Shown one piece after another: positions 40,890 through 49,636 of a stretch of DNA of 64,000 bases (positions within the stretch are counted from its first letter, which is position 1; the number at the start of each line of letters is the position of its first letter). The position numbers and the translations under genes were made by a program. The notes below the pieces were generated by a model. It had not been told where the DNA came from. It saw nothing but the letters and a program-made list of their open reading frames with translations, and did not search any database. The stretch covers positions 32,001 through 96,000 of the IMG/VR virus record IMGVR_UViG_3300033074_000711; one strand, written 5' to 3'. The DNA comes from a virus. Lineage: Duplodnaviria; Caudoviricetes.

Positions 40890-41625
40890 TTATCCTCTGT
40901 AATGCTATTTGACAATATTTTTCTGAAATATCAAAACCAATGTATTTTCTATTTAATTTATGTGAAACTAATGTGGTTGTACCAGAACCATTAAATGGGT
41001 CACACACTAAATCATTAACATATGTAAACATTTTTATACATCTATATGGCAATTCTTCTGGAAACATTGCTGGATGATTAAAAACTTTTAATTTTTTTTC
41101 AGGTGCAAAATTCCACATACCTATAGCAAAATTAACAAATTCTTCTTTTGTTAAATCTATTTCACCTTTATGTTCTAATTTACATGATTTATTCTTACAA
41201 AAAACTAAAATATATTCAAATGTTGAAGGAAAACTAGGACTAGAAGGGCTCATAAATGAACCCCATGCGGTTCTACAATTAACATGATTTTTATTCCAAA
41301 TTATTGTAGTCATTTGTGTGTATCCTATTTCTTTCAATATTTGTATTAAATCTGAATGAACACTTGTTTTTCCATTATTTTTGTCACCAATATTAATAAT
41401 TATTCTACCATCATTTTTTAATTTATCATATGCGGTAATCCAAACATTTTTCATAAAATCAAGCCATTCTTGGTGAGTTATATTATCTTTATAAGAATCA
41501 TAAAAAATATCAACATTATATGGTGGTGAAGTTATTATTAAATTTATACTATCATTTTTTATTTTTTTAAATCCATTAATACAATCTATGTTATATATAT
41601 TATTTTCCAGTACTTCCGAAACCAT
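40873..41625 (-). CDS. DNA methyltransferase, N4-C/N6-A beta class
   Basis: TSPPY, HPAMFP, DPFNGSGTT. Confidence 0.92.
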   Translation of the reverse strand: MVSEVLENNIYNIDCINGFKKIKNDSINLIITSPPYNVDIFYDSYKDNITHQEWLDFMKNVWITAYDKLKNDGRIIINIGDKNNGKTSVHSDLIQILKEIGYTQMTTIIWNKNHVNCRTAWGSFMSPSSPSFPSTFEYILVFCKNKSCKLEHKGEIDLTKEEFVNFAIGMWNFAPEKKLKVFNHPAMFPEELPYRCIKMFTYVNDLVCDPFNGSGTTTLVSHKLNRKYIGFDISEKYCQIALQRINEYKN

Positions 41626-42100
41626 TAGAACCTCTATTACTTTTAGTTAATTTATCTGATAACATAATATTATTAAATGATTTTAAATCTTTCTGAACTA
41701 ATTGAAATAATCTACTACCTTCTTTAACAACATAATCTAAATCACTTGTATTATAAACTGGAGATATTAATTCACCTTTATATTCAGAGTCTATTAATCC
41801 AACAGAATTTGACATTATTAATGGTGTTTTTGAAATTGAACTTCTAGGCATTAATAAAAATGGCTCGCAGTAATATTCAATCTTATTTTTTAAATTTAAA
41901 AGTTTATATAATTTATACAATAGTTTGAATTTTTTATATTTCCTAATTTCACATGCTATTCCATATTTTATAAAAGTTGTTTGTTTAGCTTTACATATAA
42001 CATCTTCTTGAACATATAAATCAAAACCAGAATCAGTATTATAATTTTTTTTAACATTATATTTAAATTTTAATTTTTTTAATGGATTTATTACTAACAT
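41600..42100 (-). CDS. dut: Trimeric dUTPase
   Basis: DSGFDL, PRSS, GLIDSEYKG, RLFQ, RGSNGFGSTG. Confidence 0.93.
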   Translation of the reverse strand: MLVINPLKKLKFKYNVKKNYNTDSGFDLYVQEDVICKAKQTTFIKYGIACEIRKYKKFKLLYKLYKLLNLKNKIEYYCEPFLLMPRSSISKTPLIMSNSVGLIDSEYKGELISPVYNTSDLDYVVKEGSRLFQLVQKDLKSFNNIMLSDKLTKSNRGSNGFGSTGK

Positions 42101-42114
42101 TATTTCTCCTATTT

Positions 42115-42300
42115 TTATTTTTTATTATACCCATCTTTGAACCAACCGTCACCTTTTAATTCAAAATATGAATTACTTATAATTAATAACATCTCTTCAT
42201 TACATTTTGGGCAAATTTCTTTTGAATTATCTTTAATTGATTTTTTTAAATCTTTAATTTCATAACCACATTTTTTACATTTATAATCATAAAATGGCAT
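42115..42300 (-). CDS. FmdB-family zinc-ribbon protein
   Basis: MPFYDYKC..CG...CPKC...LKGDGWF...Y. Confidence 0.85.
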   Translation of the reverse strand: MPFYDYKCKKCGYEIKDLKKSIKDNSKEICPKCNEEMLLIISNSYFELKGDGWFKDGYNKK

Positions 42301-42530
42301 TACTCACCTAAAATTAAACTAGATTTAGTTTCATTAGTATTATTTTCATCTTCTGTTTGTAAAAATTCTTTATTAACATTTCCGCAGTCTGAACATTTAA
42401 ATACTTCTATTGGTGCTAAACCACCTTTACCATCTTTACTTTCTAACGGTGATACTTTATACAGCATAAATGTTGGTTCAAAATAAATAGAACCACACCT
42501 TTCACAAACTAAAAGTTTTTCTGATAACAT
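42300..42530 (-). CDS. Zinc-ribbon protein
   Basis: CERCG...PIEVFKCSDCG. Confidence 0.7.
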   Translation of the reverse strand: MLSEKLLVCERCGSIYFEPTFMLYKVSPLESKDGKGGLAPIEVFKCSDCGNVNKEFLQTEDENNTNETKSSLILGE

Positions 42531-42531
42531 A

Positions 42532-42774
42532 TTATTTCTCCATTTCTATTTTTATTTTATTCAATCTTTTTTGTTCTTTATTTTTAATATTTAATGTATT
42601 ATATGATTTTAATTCAGCAATTTGTTTATATTTTTCACTTAAATATTCAATTAAAATTAACCTAATATCTGGTGTAACATAATTTAAATCAGATAAAATT
42701 ATATCACATTCTTTTGTAATATTATTTAATATTTCTGAAGTATTACCAAAATATATATTATTTATTTTTTTCAT
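42532..42774 (-). CDS. Hypothetical protein
   Basis: 80 aa in the operon. Confidence 0.5.
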   Translation of the reverse strand: MKKINNIYFGNTSEILNNITKECDIILSDLNYVTPDIRLILIEYLSEKYKQIAELKSYNTLNIKNKEQKRLNKIKIEMEK

Positions 42775-43355
42775 TATCTTATAAACTCACTAAAATCAAA
42801 AATTAAATCAAAATCAAAACTGTGAAACACTTCATTATATTTAAACTTATCTCTAATAATTGTAGCAAACGTATTTTTAACTGTAAAATGTGTTAAATAA
42901 GCTGCTAACTGATTCCAACTCCAGAATGTTTCAACACCGTAAAACTTCTTCCAATTATTAAAAGCCGTTCTATCAAATGAATAATCTGTTGCTCTAAATA
43001 TTTTATGCCATGTTAATGATTTACCAAATACAGCATCAGTTTGTGGTCTCCAATTATACCAATTTTCTAAAGGTTTTGGTAACCACTCTGAATGTTTATA
43101 ATTAAATAAATATGATTCGTAAGCACCCAGTGAAATTCCAGATAATGTTGAACTTGTAAAACCTTTATAAAAAATATTTATATCGTATTTTTCTTGTGTT
43201 ATATACATTTCATACACTTTTTCATATTCTAATTCGCACATACCAGTGTGTATATATTTACCATATAAATCTAATATTTCTTTAACATCATTTTTAGTTA
43301 CTTGTGCTGTAACCAAATTTGTTAAAAATAAAATAAAAAATATTATTTTTTTCAT
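42774..43355 (-). CDS. Secreted/envelope hypothetical protein with Sec signal peptide (likely start 43355)
   Basis: GAGGAG SD; MKKIIFFILFLTNLVTA|Q. Confidence 0.6.
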   Translation of the reverse strand: MKKIIFFILFLTNLVTAQVTKNDVKEILDLYGKYIHTGMCELEYEKVYEMYITQEKYDINIFYKGFTSSTLSGISLGAYESYLFNYKHSEWLPKPLENWYNWRPQTDAVFGKSLTWHKIFRATDYSFDRTAFNNWKKFYGVETFWSWNQLAAYLTHFTVKNTFATIIRDKFKYNEVFHSFDFDLIFDFSEFIR

Positions 43356-43363
43356 ATATCTCC

Positions 43364-43633
43364 TCAAATTAATTTATTATTTTCTTCAAACGTATTATTC
43401 ATAAATGGTACAAATTCATATTTTTCTATCTCACTTCGTAAAAACCTAACTTCAGAATTTGGTTTTTCATAATAAGCATAATATGTTAAATCATAATTAT
43501 CTAAAAAACTTTCTCGCTCTGTTATTAAACTTATATCTGGTTTATTTAATAGATTTGCAACATCTTCTCTAGACCAACCTTGATTTCTATAAAACCTGTT
43601 AGTTAAATTAGCTCCTATTATTTTTTTTATCAT
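43364..43633 (-). CDS. Hypothetical protein
   Basis: 89 aa, downstream of a sigma70-like promoter. Confidence 0.5.
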   Translation of the reverse strand: MIKKIIGANLTNRFYRNQGWSREDVANLLNKPDISLITERESFLDNYDLTYYAYYEKPNSEVRFLRSEIEKYEFVPFMNNTFEENNKLI

Positions 43634-43669
43634 AATAATTTATCACATTAGTAATTTAAAAATATTTTG

Positions 43670-43702
43670 TAAATATAATCATAATTAATTAAAAAGTAAA
43701 TA
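43670..43702 (-). promoter_or_regulatory. Host sigma70-type early promoter TTTACT-N17-TATATT
   Basis: TATTTACTTTTTAATTAATTATGATTATATTTA. Confidence 0.6.
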
Positions 43703-43703
43703 T

Positions 43704-44216
43704 TTAAATTACTTTTTTATTATTCATTATCTCTTTTATTTGCTCAAATGAATATAAATTATAATTATTAGTATCTATACCAACATCTAATCTTTTTTTA
43801 TTAGTAGTATCTATAAATTTTCCGTGACTATGACCATACAAATGCCATGAGCCTCTTTCTTGTTCATTCCAAATTTCCATGCAATAGTGATTCATTATAA
43901 TTCTTTGAAAATTTGTAAATATTTCTAATTGTTCATGTTTTTCAACATTTAAATTATACTTTATATATTTATCGTGATTTCCTAACAAAAATATTATTTT
44001 ACCATTCAATTGTAATAAAATTTGATTAATAAAATCAGGTTTACCAAAAGAAAAATCTCCAATATGATAAACAATACCATCTGATTTAACTGTTTTATTC
44101 CAAATATCTATTAAACCTTTATTCATATCTTCTAAATTTTCAAACGGTCTATTACAATATTTTATAATATTTTTGTGACCAAAATGAAAATCAGATGTAA
44201 AATAAATTTCACTCAA
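43704..44216 (-). CDS. Calcineurin-like phosphoesterase
   Basis: TSDFHFGH, GDF, GNHD, HLYGHSH, DVGID. Confidence 0.9.
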   Translation of the reverse strand: MSEIYFTSDFHFGHKNIIKYCNRPFENLEDMNKGLIDIWNKTVKSDGIVYHIGDFSFGKPDFINQILLQLNGKIIFLLGNHDKYIKYNLNVEKHEQLEIFTNFQRIIMNHYCMEIWNEQERGSWHLYGHSHGKFIDTTNKKRLDVGIDTNNYNLYSFEQIKEIMNNKKVI

Positions 44217-44473
44217 TTTTTTATCCTTATATTAAAATATTTTTCTATTTTACCTGGTATTTTAATTTCATTTATTACATATTTATTATTTACAGATTTA
44301 AATCTACGCCATTCACGTGAAAAGGTATCTGGATTATGCATTACACCTTTATATTCCATTAACTTTTTCACATGAACTTGGAATATTCTTGAACATACTG
44401 TAATTTGACCTTCTAATTTAATTCTATTATCAAGGTACTCTTCTATAAATTTTCTTATGCTTTGTTTTTTCAT
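44213..44473 (-). CDS. Hypothetical protein
   Basis: 86 aa, GAGG SD. Confidence 0.55.
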   Translation of the reverse strand: MKKQSIRKFIEEYLDNRIKLEGQITVCSRIFQVHVKKLMEYKGVMHNPDTFSREWRRFKSVNNKYVINEIKIPGKIEKYFNIRIKN

Positions 44474-44492
44474 TTTTGCAACCTCATTTATG

Positions 44493-44999
44493 TTAATTTT
44501 CTAATGAATTTAAATATTCATCTATTTTCCAATTTTCTACTAAATTTTTAGAATCTTTTGATTTTAAGTAATCACAATATAAAATATTCGGGCACCATGT
44601 TTCAGGTTGGCTTGATTCCACTTTAACTATTCTATCATAATTTTTATCAATGTGTGATATAATATCATACCAATCTGTTATATCATGCATTTTATATGAT
44701 AAAAATAATGCATCGTTAACAGCTTCATTAAATAACATCACTTTAAAATACATTTCTTTTAAAATGTTATCATTTCTTTCAAGTTTAACATATTCATTAT
44801 TATTTTTTATTCGTGTATTAATAAACTTACCAATGCTTTCTCCGTTTTCTTTAGCATTTAATAAATCATTAAAAGTTTCTGGTAAAACATTATTATATGT
44901 ATATAATGTATTACTCCCTTTAAATCGAACTGTTAATTTATCATCATCATAAATTATATGTTCAATATTGCTTGAATTTAAATTATCAATTATTATCAC
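44493..44999 (-). CDS. KTSC-domain protein
   Basis: SSNI..I.YD...L.V.F....Y.Y.NV....F..L..A....SIGKF. Confidence 0.8.
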   Translation of the reverse strand: MIIIDNLNSSNIEHIIYDDDKLTVRFKGSNTLYTYNNVLPETFNDLLNAKENGESIGKFINTRIKNNNEYVKLERNDNILKEMYFKVMLFNEAVNDALFLSYKMHDITDWYDIISHIDKNYDRIVKVESSQPETWCPNILYCDYLKSKDSKNLVENWKIDEYLNSLEN

Positions 45000-45196
45000 T
45001 TTTTCTCCATTTCTTCTAAATATTTAATTTGATTAACTAATTCTGATATTAAAAATTTAATATTTTTTATTTGTTTTAATATAGATAAATCCTCCTCACT
45101 TTTTAACTCTGAAGGATTACTTAAACAGCCGTCTATTAAATTATTTAAGTTTAATTCATTTTCTGTTAATTGTTGTTTCATCTGTTCATAATTCAT
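44996..45196 (-). CDS. Hypothetical protein
   Basis: 66 aa, AGGAG SD. Confidence 0.55.
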   Translation of the reverse strand: MNYEQMKQQLTENELNLNNLIDGCLSNPSELKSEEDLSILKQIKNIKFLISELVNQIKYLEEMEKK

Positions 45197-45216
45197 ATAT
45201 TACTCTCCTGTAAATT

Positions 45217-45247
45217 AAAATAGCGGTAATATTTTATTATTACCGCT
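45217..45247 (-). terminator. Rho-independent terminator
   Basis: AGCGGTAATA-N6-TATTACCGCT; shares the AGCGGTA stem with the capsid terminator. Confidence 0.7.
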
Positions 45248-45256
45248 TGTTTTTTA

Positions 45257-46159
45257 TTAAAAATTAAATGTTTTTGATAGTTGTTTTTGTAAAAATATCA
45301 TTCTTTGTTTTTCTGTTCTACTAACATAAAATGTTAAAATTTGATATAAATTCCAAACATCTATTGTTTGTGGGTCAACTTGCATTAGACTCATCGCTCT
45401 TATTGCAAATTCTGCTCCTCGTAAACCAACTATATTAATTGCTTTATTAAATAATTCTGTTGTTGCTTTTTTGATTTGCATTAATTCGACTTTTTGTTTA
45501 AATACCGGTACTTGTTCTGTGGCTACTTCAATCGCTTCTTTAATACTATTTATATCAAATTTGTTATTGTGTAAAAAATTAATACTACTTAATTCTTTAC
45601 TCCTAACAATCATTCCGTTTGTACAAACTGCTCTAATTAATCCAAATTCAACCTTAACTCTTGTTGAACCATCAAATGAATTTGTTATAAATGTACTAAC
45701 ATAATTTTCTGAATCACCGTCTTTAATTGATAATTCTGGAAAGCTTAAATGTAATGTTGACCGCTTTGGAGTAATTACTGTGTGTTTTTTATGTATTGTA
45801 TAACCGATTTCTTGCATGTTGTCTAAAATAGGCATTAAGATGTCTCTATTTTGAATTAAATTGTAGTGGTTACTCATAAATGATAAAAACTCACCGTTTG
45901 AATTATACAATGCATTTTTCTTAGGGTTTATATATTCACCAGTACTTAATAGTATTTTAGGTGATTTATCTACATAAACGTCAATACAAAACTCATTCAG
46001 CAATTTTGTTACTTCATCATCACCTTTATAAATATCTTTTGTTATTACGTTATTATTTGGTGATGTAATAATATTACCAAACTCATTAATCATTAATGAT
46101 GATTTTTCTGTTTGGTTTTTTGTTTCTAAATTTCTTTTTACTTCTTCGTATGTTAACAT
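45257..46159 (-). CDS. DUF932-like protein
   Basis: Y.LIQN, TNSFDGS, RAVCTNG, H. Confidence 0.75.
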   Translation of the reverse strand: MLTYEEVKRNLETKNQTEKSSLMINEFGNIITSPNNNVITKDIYKGDDEVTKLLNEFCIDVYVDKSPKILLSTGEYINPKKNALYNSNGEFLSFMSNHYNLIQNRDILMPILDNMQEIGYTIHKKHTVITPKRSTLHLSFPELSIKDGDSENYVSTFITNSFDGSTRVKVEFGLIRAVCTNGMIVRSKELSSINFLHNNKFDINSIKEAIEVATEQVPVFKQKVELMQIKKATTELFNKAINIVGLRGAEFAIRAMSLMQVDPQTIDVWNLYQILTFYVSRTEKQRMIFLQKQLSKTFNF

Positions 46160-46197
46160 TGTAACCTCTTATGTTTAATTAATTTTAATTTCTAATA

Positions 46198-46230
46198 CAA
46201 ATATAACAAATTAATTTGAAAAAGTAAATA
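46198..46230 (-). promoter_or_regulatory. Host sigma70-type promoter TTTACT-N17-TATATTTG (fits the Bacteroidota-type TAnnTTTG element)
   Basis: TATTTACTTTTTCAAATTAATTTGTTATATTTG. Confidence 0.6.
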
Positions 46231-46231
46231 G

Positions 46232-46444
46232 TTAATTAATTTTTTTTTCATAATTATTTTTAATTCTTTTTATTTCTCTAGCAAAAACAAAAATAAAACT
46301 AATTATAAATATTATTATAAAATCAACCCACAGTGGACTAAATATATACCACCAACTCCAATTAATATTATTTGTTAATTTTAACACTAAAAAAATTAAT
46401 GTCAAAATCATAGGTAAAGATAAACCATCACTCTTTGTTTGCAT
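46232..46444 (-). CDS. Small two-helix membrane protein
   Basis: LTLIFLVLKLT..INWSWWYIFSPLW. Confidence 0.75.
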   Translation of the reverse strand: MQTKSDGLSLPMILTLIFLVLKLTNNINWSWWYIFSPLWVDFIIIFIISFIFVFAREIKRIKNNYEKKIN

Positions 46445-46446
46445 TA

Positions 46447-47268
46447 TTATAAATCCTTAATTTTATTTAATTTATTTTTAAACTCTATTATTTCATTATT
46501 ACTTAAATTTTGTAAATCAGTTGAATTTATTAGATTTATGTCTATTATATTTTTAATAATATTTAATTCATCCTTACTGAATTTTAAGCTATTTAATTCA
46601 TAATCTTCAAAAGCTTCCCATGTTAATGGAAATAAATCTTTAATTATTTCTACAATTGCATTAGCATACTGACGTATTTCAAATTGAGCATGATAGTCTA
46701 ATCTTAATTTAAGAAAATGTAGTAAATTATGTAAATCAATTTTCCAATATGCTTCGGTATAATTAGATAATAGTAAATCTTTACGTGCTTGCTCTCTTGC
46801 TAAACCTAATTCTAATCTTTGTTTATATATATTTTTTGTTAGTATGTGTAGTTGACGTTCTTTTTCTGTTAAAATTTCACCAATATTTTTTTCTAAAAAA
46901 CCATCACTTCCTTGTTTGTTATCTTTAGATTGTAATCTCCATTCGTCGCTATTTGTATATTCATTTTCATCTATTGCTATAGAATATCTAGTTGAATATT
47001 CATTTACTGACGCAGTTCTATGTCTAATCCATTGCCTCCAAACATCTATTGGCACTTTTATATGAAATTTAATCTCACACATTTCTAACGGGCTTGTATG
47101 TTTATGTCTAACTAAATATCTAATTAATGCTCTATCTTGACTAACTGTTTTAGTTCCTTTACCATATGAAACTCTTGCGGCTTCAACTATAGCACCATCA
47201 CTTCCCATATAATCAACTAATCTTACAAAACCGTGCTTTAAAACATTTATTTTTTTATAATTATCCAT
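46447..47268 (-). CDS. thyX: Flavin-dependent thymidylate synthase
   Basis: AARVSY, HTSPLE, QWIRHR....NEYSTRY, REQAR, HAQFEIR. Confidence 0.96.
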   Translation of the reverse strand: MDNYKKINVLKHGFVRLVDYMGSDGAIVEAARVSYGKGTKTVSQDRALIRYLVRHKHTSPLEMCEIKFHIKVPIDVWRQWIRHRTASVNEYSTRYSIAIDENEYTNSDEWRLQSKDNKQGSDGFLEKNIGEILTEKERQLHILTKNIYKQRLELGLAREQARKDLLLSNYTEAYWKIDLHNLLHFLKLRLDYHAQFEIRQYANAIVEIIKDLFPLTWEAFEDYELNSLKFSKDELNIIKNIIDINLINSTDLQNLSNNEIIEFKNKLNKIKDL

Positions 47269-47298
47269 TAATATCTCACTAAAATTATCAATTTACAC

Positions 47299-48291
47299 TT
47301 ATAACTCACATTGGCCACCAGCACATGCTAACTCACCTTGTAAATCTGTTTCATCATCATCTTCTATAATTTTAGTTATATCAACTTCTTTTAAATGTGA
47401 CATCAAATCGTTATATTTTTCTTCTGTAATAGATTCAAACGGTGCTTGAATATATGTACCACCATCATAAGGAAGAACCGAAATACCATTATAACCATTT
47501 CTATTTTCCCATAACCATTTTCCAACAGATTCCCACTCATCATCTTTTATTGATATTGTAACACTAACATTATTATAATTAGAACCTTTGTTATGACCTT
47601 TCATAACCCATTCGGTGTTAAATTTTTTAACACGGTCTAATAATTTAAAAACACTTTCGGTTCTTATTTTAGCTGTTTCGGGTGCTTTTAATGGTATTGA
47701 GATAACTGATTGTAAATGTGGTTTAAAATAATCGTCTTCTAATAACTCTTTGTGTTTTTTATTTAAATATTTATATATAGCTTCATTTTTACCAACTCTA
47801 ATTCTTCTAATATAATATTTATCGTGATATGCGTGTATACCACTTGAAGTACCAAGAACTAAAGCTGATGTGCCACTTGGTTTAACTGTTGTTGTTCTCG
47901 CTGATGTGTTTATATTTAATATCTTAGAAACTCTTTTATTTTCTTTCACTACAATTTTACTGGCTTCTTCTAAATTCAAATTATCTAATGCACCACTTGC
48001 GATACCAGTTATACCAACACCAATTAACGCATCTTTTTCTGTTGATTCTTTCCATACACTTCTTAAATAATGAAAATCTGTATAGCCAGCTTGTAATGTT
48101 GCTATAAACGATGCCACTCTGGCTCTGTTATTAAAATCTTCTTGATTTTCTATGTTGCTAGCATTTATTTCAACTAGATTACAAAATGAAAATGGTTTTA
48201 AGGAAATTTCTGAACAATCTACATTCAAAATACTGTTATCCAAGTGTGTTGAATTTTGTTTTGTGTGCTTTTTAATACTATTTATTTTCAT
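47299..48291 (-). CDS. nrdJ: Class II ribonucleotide reductase C-terminal fragment with a 25-aa split-intein C-fragment
   Basis: ...SILNVD|CSEISL..FSFCNL; TTVKPSGT, SSGIH, YIQAPFE, LACAGGQCEL. Confidence 0.9.
   Translation of the reverse strand: MKINSIKKHTKQNSTHLDNSILNVDCSEISLKPFSFCNLVEINASNIENQEDFNNRARVASFIATLQAGYTDFHYLRSVWKESTEKDALIGVGITGIASGALDNLNLEEASKIVVKENKRVSKILNINTSARTTTVKPSGTSALVLGTSSGIHAYHDKYYIRRIRVGKNEAIYKYLNKKHKELLEDDYFKPHLQSVISIPLKAPETAKIRTESVFKLLDRVKKFNTEWVMKGHNKGSNYNNVSVTISIKDDEWESVGKWLWENRNGYNGISVLPYDGGTYIQAPFESITEEKYNDLMSHLKEVDITKIIEDDDETDLQGELACAGGQCEL
48217..48291 (-). mobile_element. NrdJ split intein C-fragment (25 aa, ends in Asp)
   Basis: MKINSIKKHTKQNSTHLDNSILNVD precedes the catalytic Cys. 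Confidence 0.7.
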
Positions 48292-49597
48292 AATTTTCCA
48301 TTAATATTTTTATTAAATTATCAACAGTATTATAATATTTTACTATTGATTTTATTCCTATTTTTGCATTTATTTTATTTATTTCACGCTTTCTTATCAA
48401 TAATATCTCATTTAAATTTTGTTTTTTTAACATACTAATAACATAATTTAAAGACGTATCTAATATCCATTTATCTAAAAATATAATTATTGATGTTTTT
48501 CCCATTTTAATATGTGTTGTTTTTTTCTTTTCTTTTCTAATACACACTTTACATAATTTTTCCGATTCTTTTTTTATTTTATTTATAATATTATCACAAT
48601 TTTTACATTTAATATTATAATCATATTTTAATAAACTTTTTTTAAAATTTGTTTTAGCTAGTGATTCTGCTCTCTTAATTTTACTTTCTTTTGATAAATT
48701 TTGTTCTCTTATTTTAGCTCGTTGTGAAGCCTTATCATATAAAGTTGGGTCATCTATATATCTTTGTTTTTGTGAATTTGATAATTTTTTTCTATATTCT
48801 GGATTTTTTCCTAATTCTTTTAACTTTTTACTAATTTTTTTACGTGTTTGTTCAGTAACTATTGCTCCATATCTTGGATTTAATTTACCAACATTAGTTC
48901 TATTAGTATTTGGTGAATTTTTCCAATTTTGTAATTTATTTTTTAATTCTATACTAACTTCTTCATCAAAGTTTGTTACAATTTCATATAAAATGTTATT
49001 TTTATTAAAATATTCTATAACTAGTTTATATTTATCGGTTATTATAAAGCTTTTATCTTTTACTTCTAATAATTTAACTAATATGTTATCTTTATAAATA
49101 AAAAAGTCAGGTTTATAGTTAAATTTATTATCTATATTAAACATATATTCTTCATATCGTATGTTGTTTATGCCATATTTATTTGACAATATATGATAAT
49201 ATAAAAATTCATTAGATGAGCGACAATAACATGAAACACCATCGATTTCAAACGAACCACTACAGCCACGACTGTTAAATTTTTTTAAATGTTTTTTAGC
49301 AACATCACTTCTATTTGTATTTTTATAACTAACAGACATAAATTCATTTGAATATTTTTTATAATTAACGTTAGCTTGTTCAAAATTCATATTCTTTCTT
49401 AAAATCCAATATGATAAACTACACTTTGAATTAGAACTATTAATAAATTTAACTATCTCAATAGCATCATTTTTATTTATATTAAAAATATTTATTTGTA
49501 AATAATTTATTGTATTAATTAAAAATTTAGAAAATCCTTTTCTTATTTTTTTATTTGCTAAAAATTCTATCTTATTTTGCAAAACATCATCATTCAT
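48278..49597 (-). mobile_element. Free-standing homing endonuclease between the NrdJ halves (PD-(D/E)XK plus NUMOD3)
   Basis: CRSSNE, IRYE, YKPDFF, LLEVK; GKLNPRYG...TEQTRKKIS. Confidence 0.85.
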
Positions 49598-49621
49598 AAC
49601 AATATCTCATTTTAATATATT

Positions 49622-49631
49622 AATAAATATA
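49622..49631 (-). promoter_or_regulatory. Late-promoter variant TATATTTATT upstream of the endonuclease
   Basis: Lies in the 39-nt gap between the nrdJ-N stop and the endonuclease ATG. Confidence 0.5.
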
Positions 49632-49636
49632 TAAAA

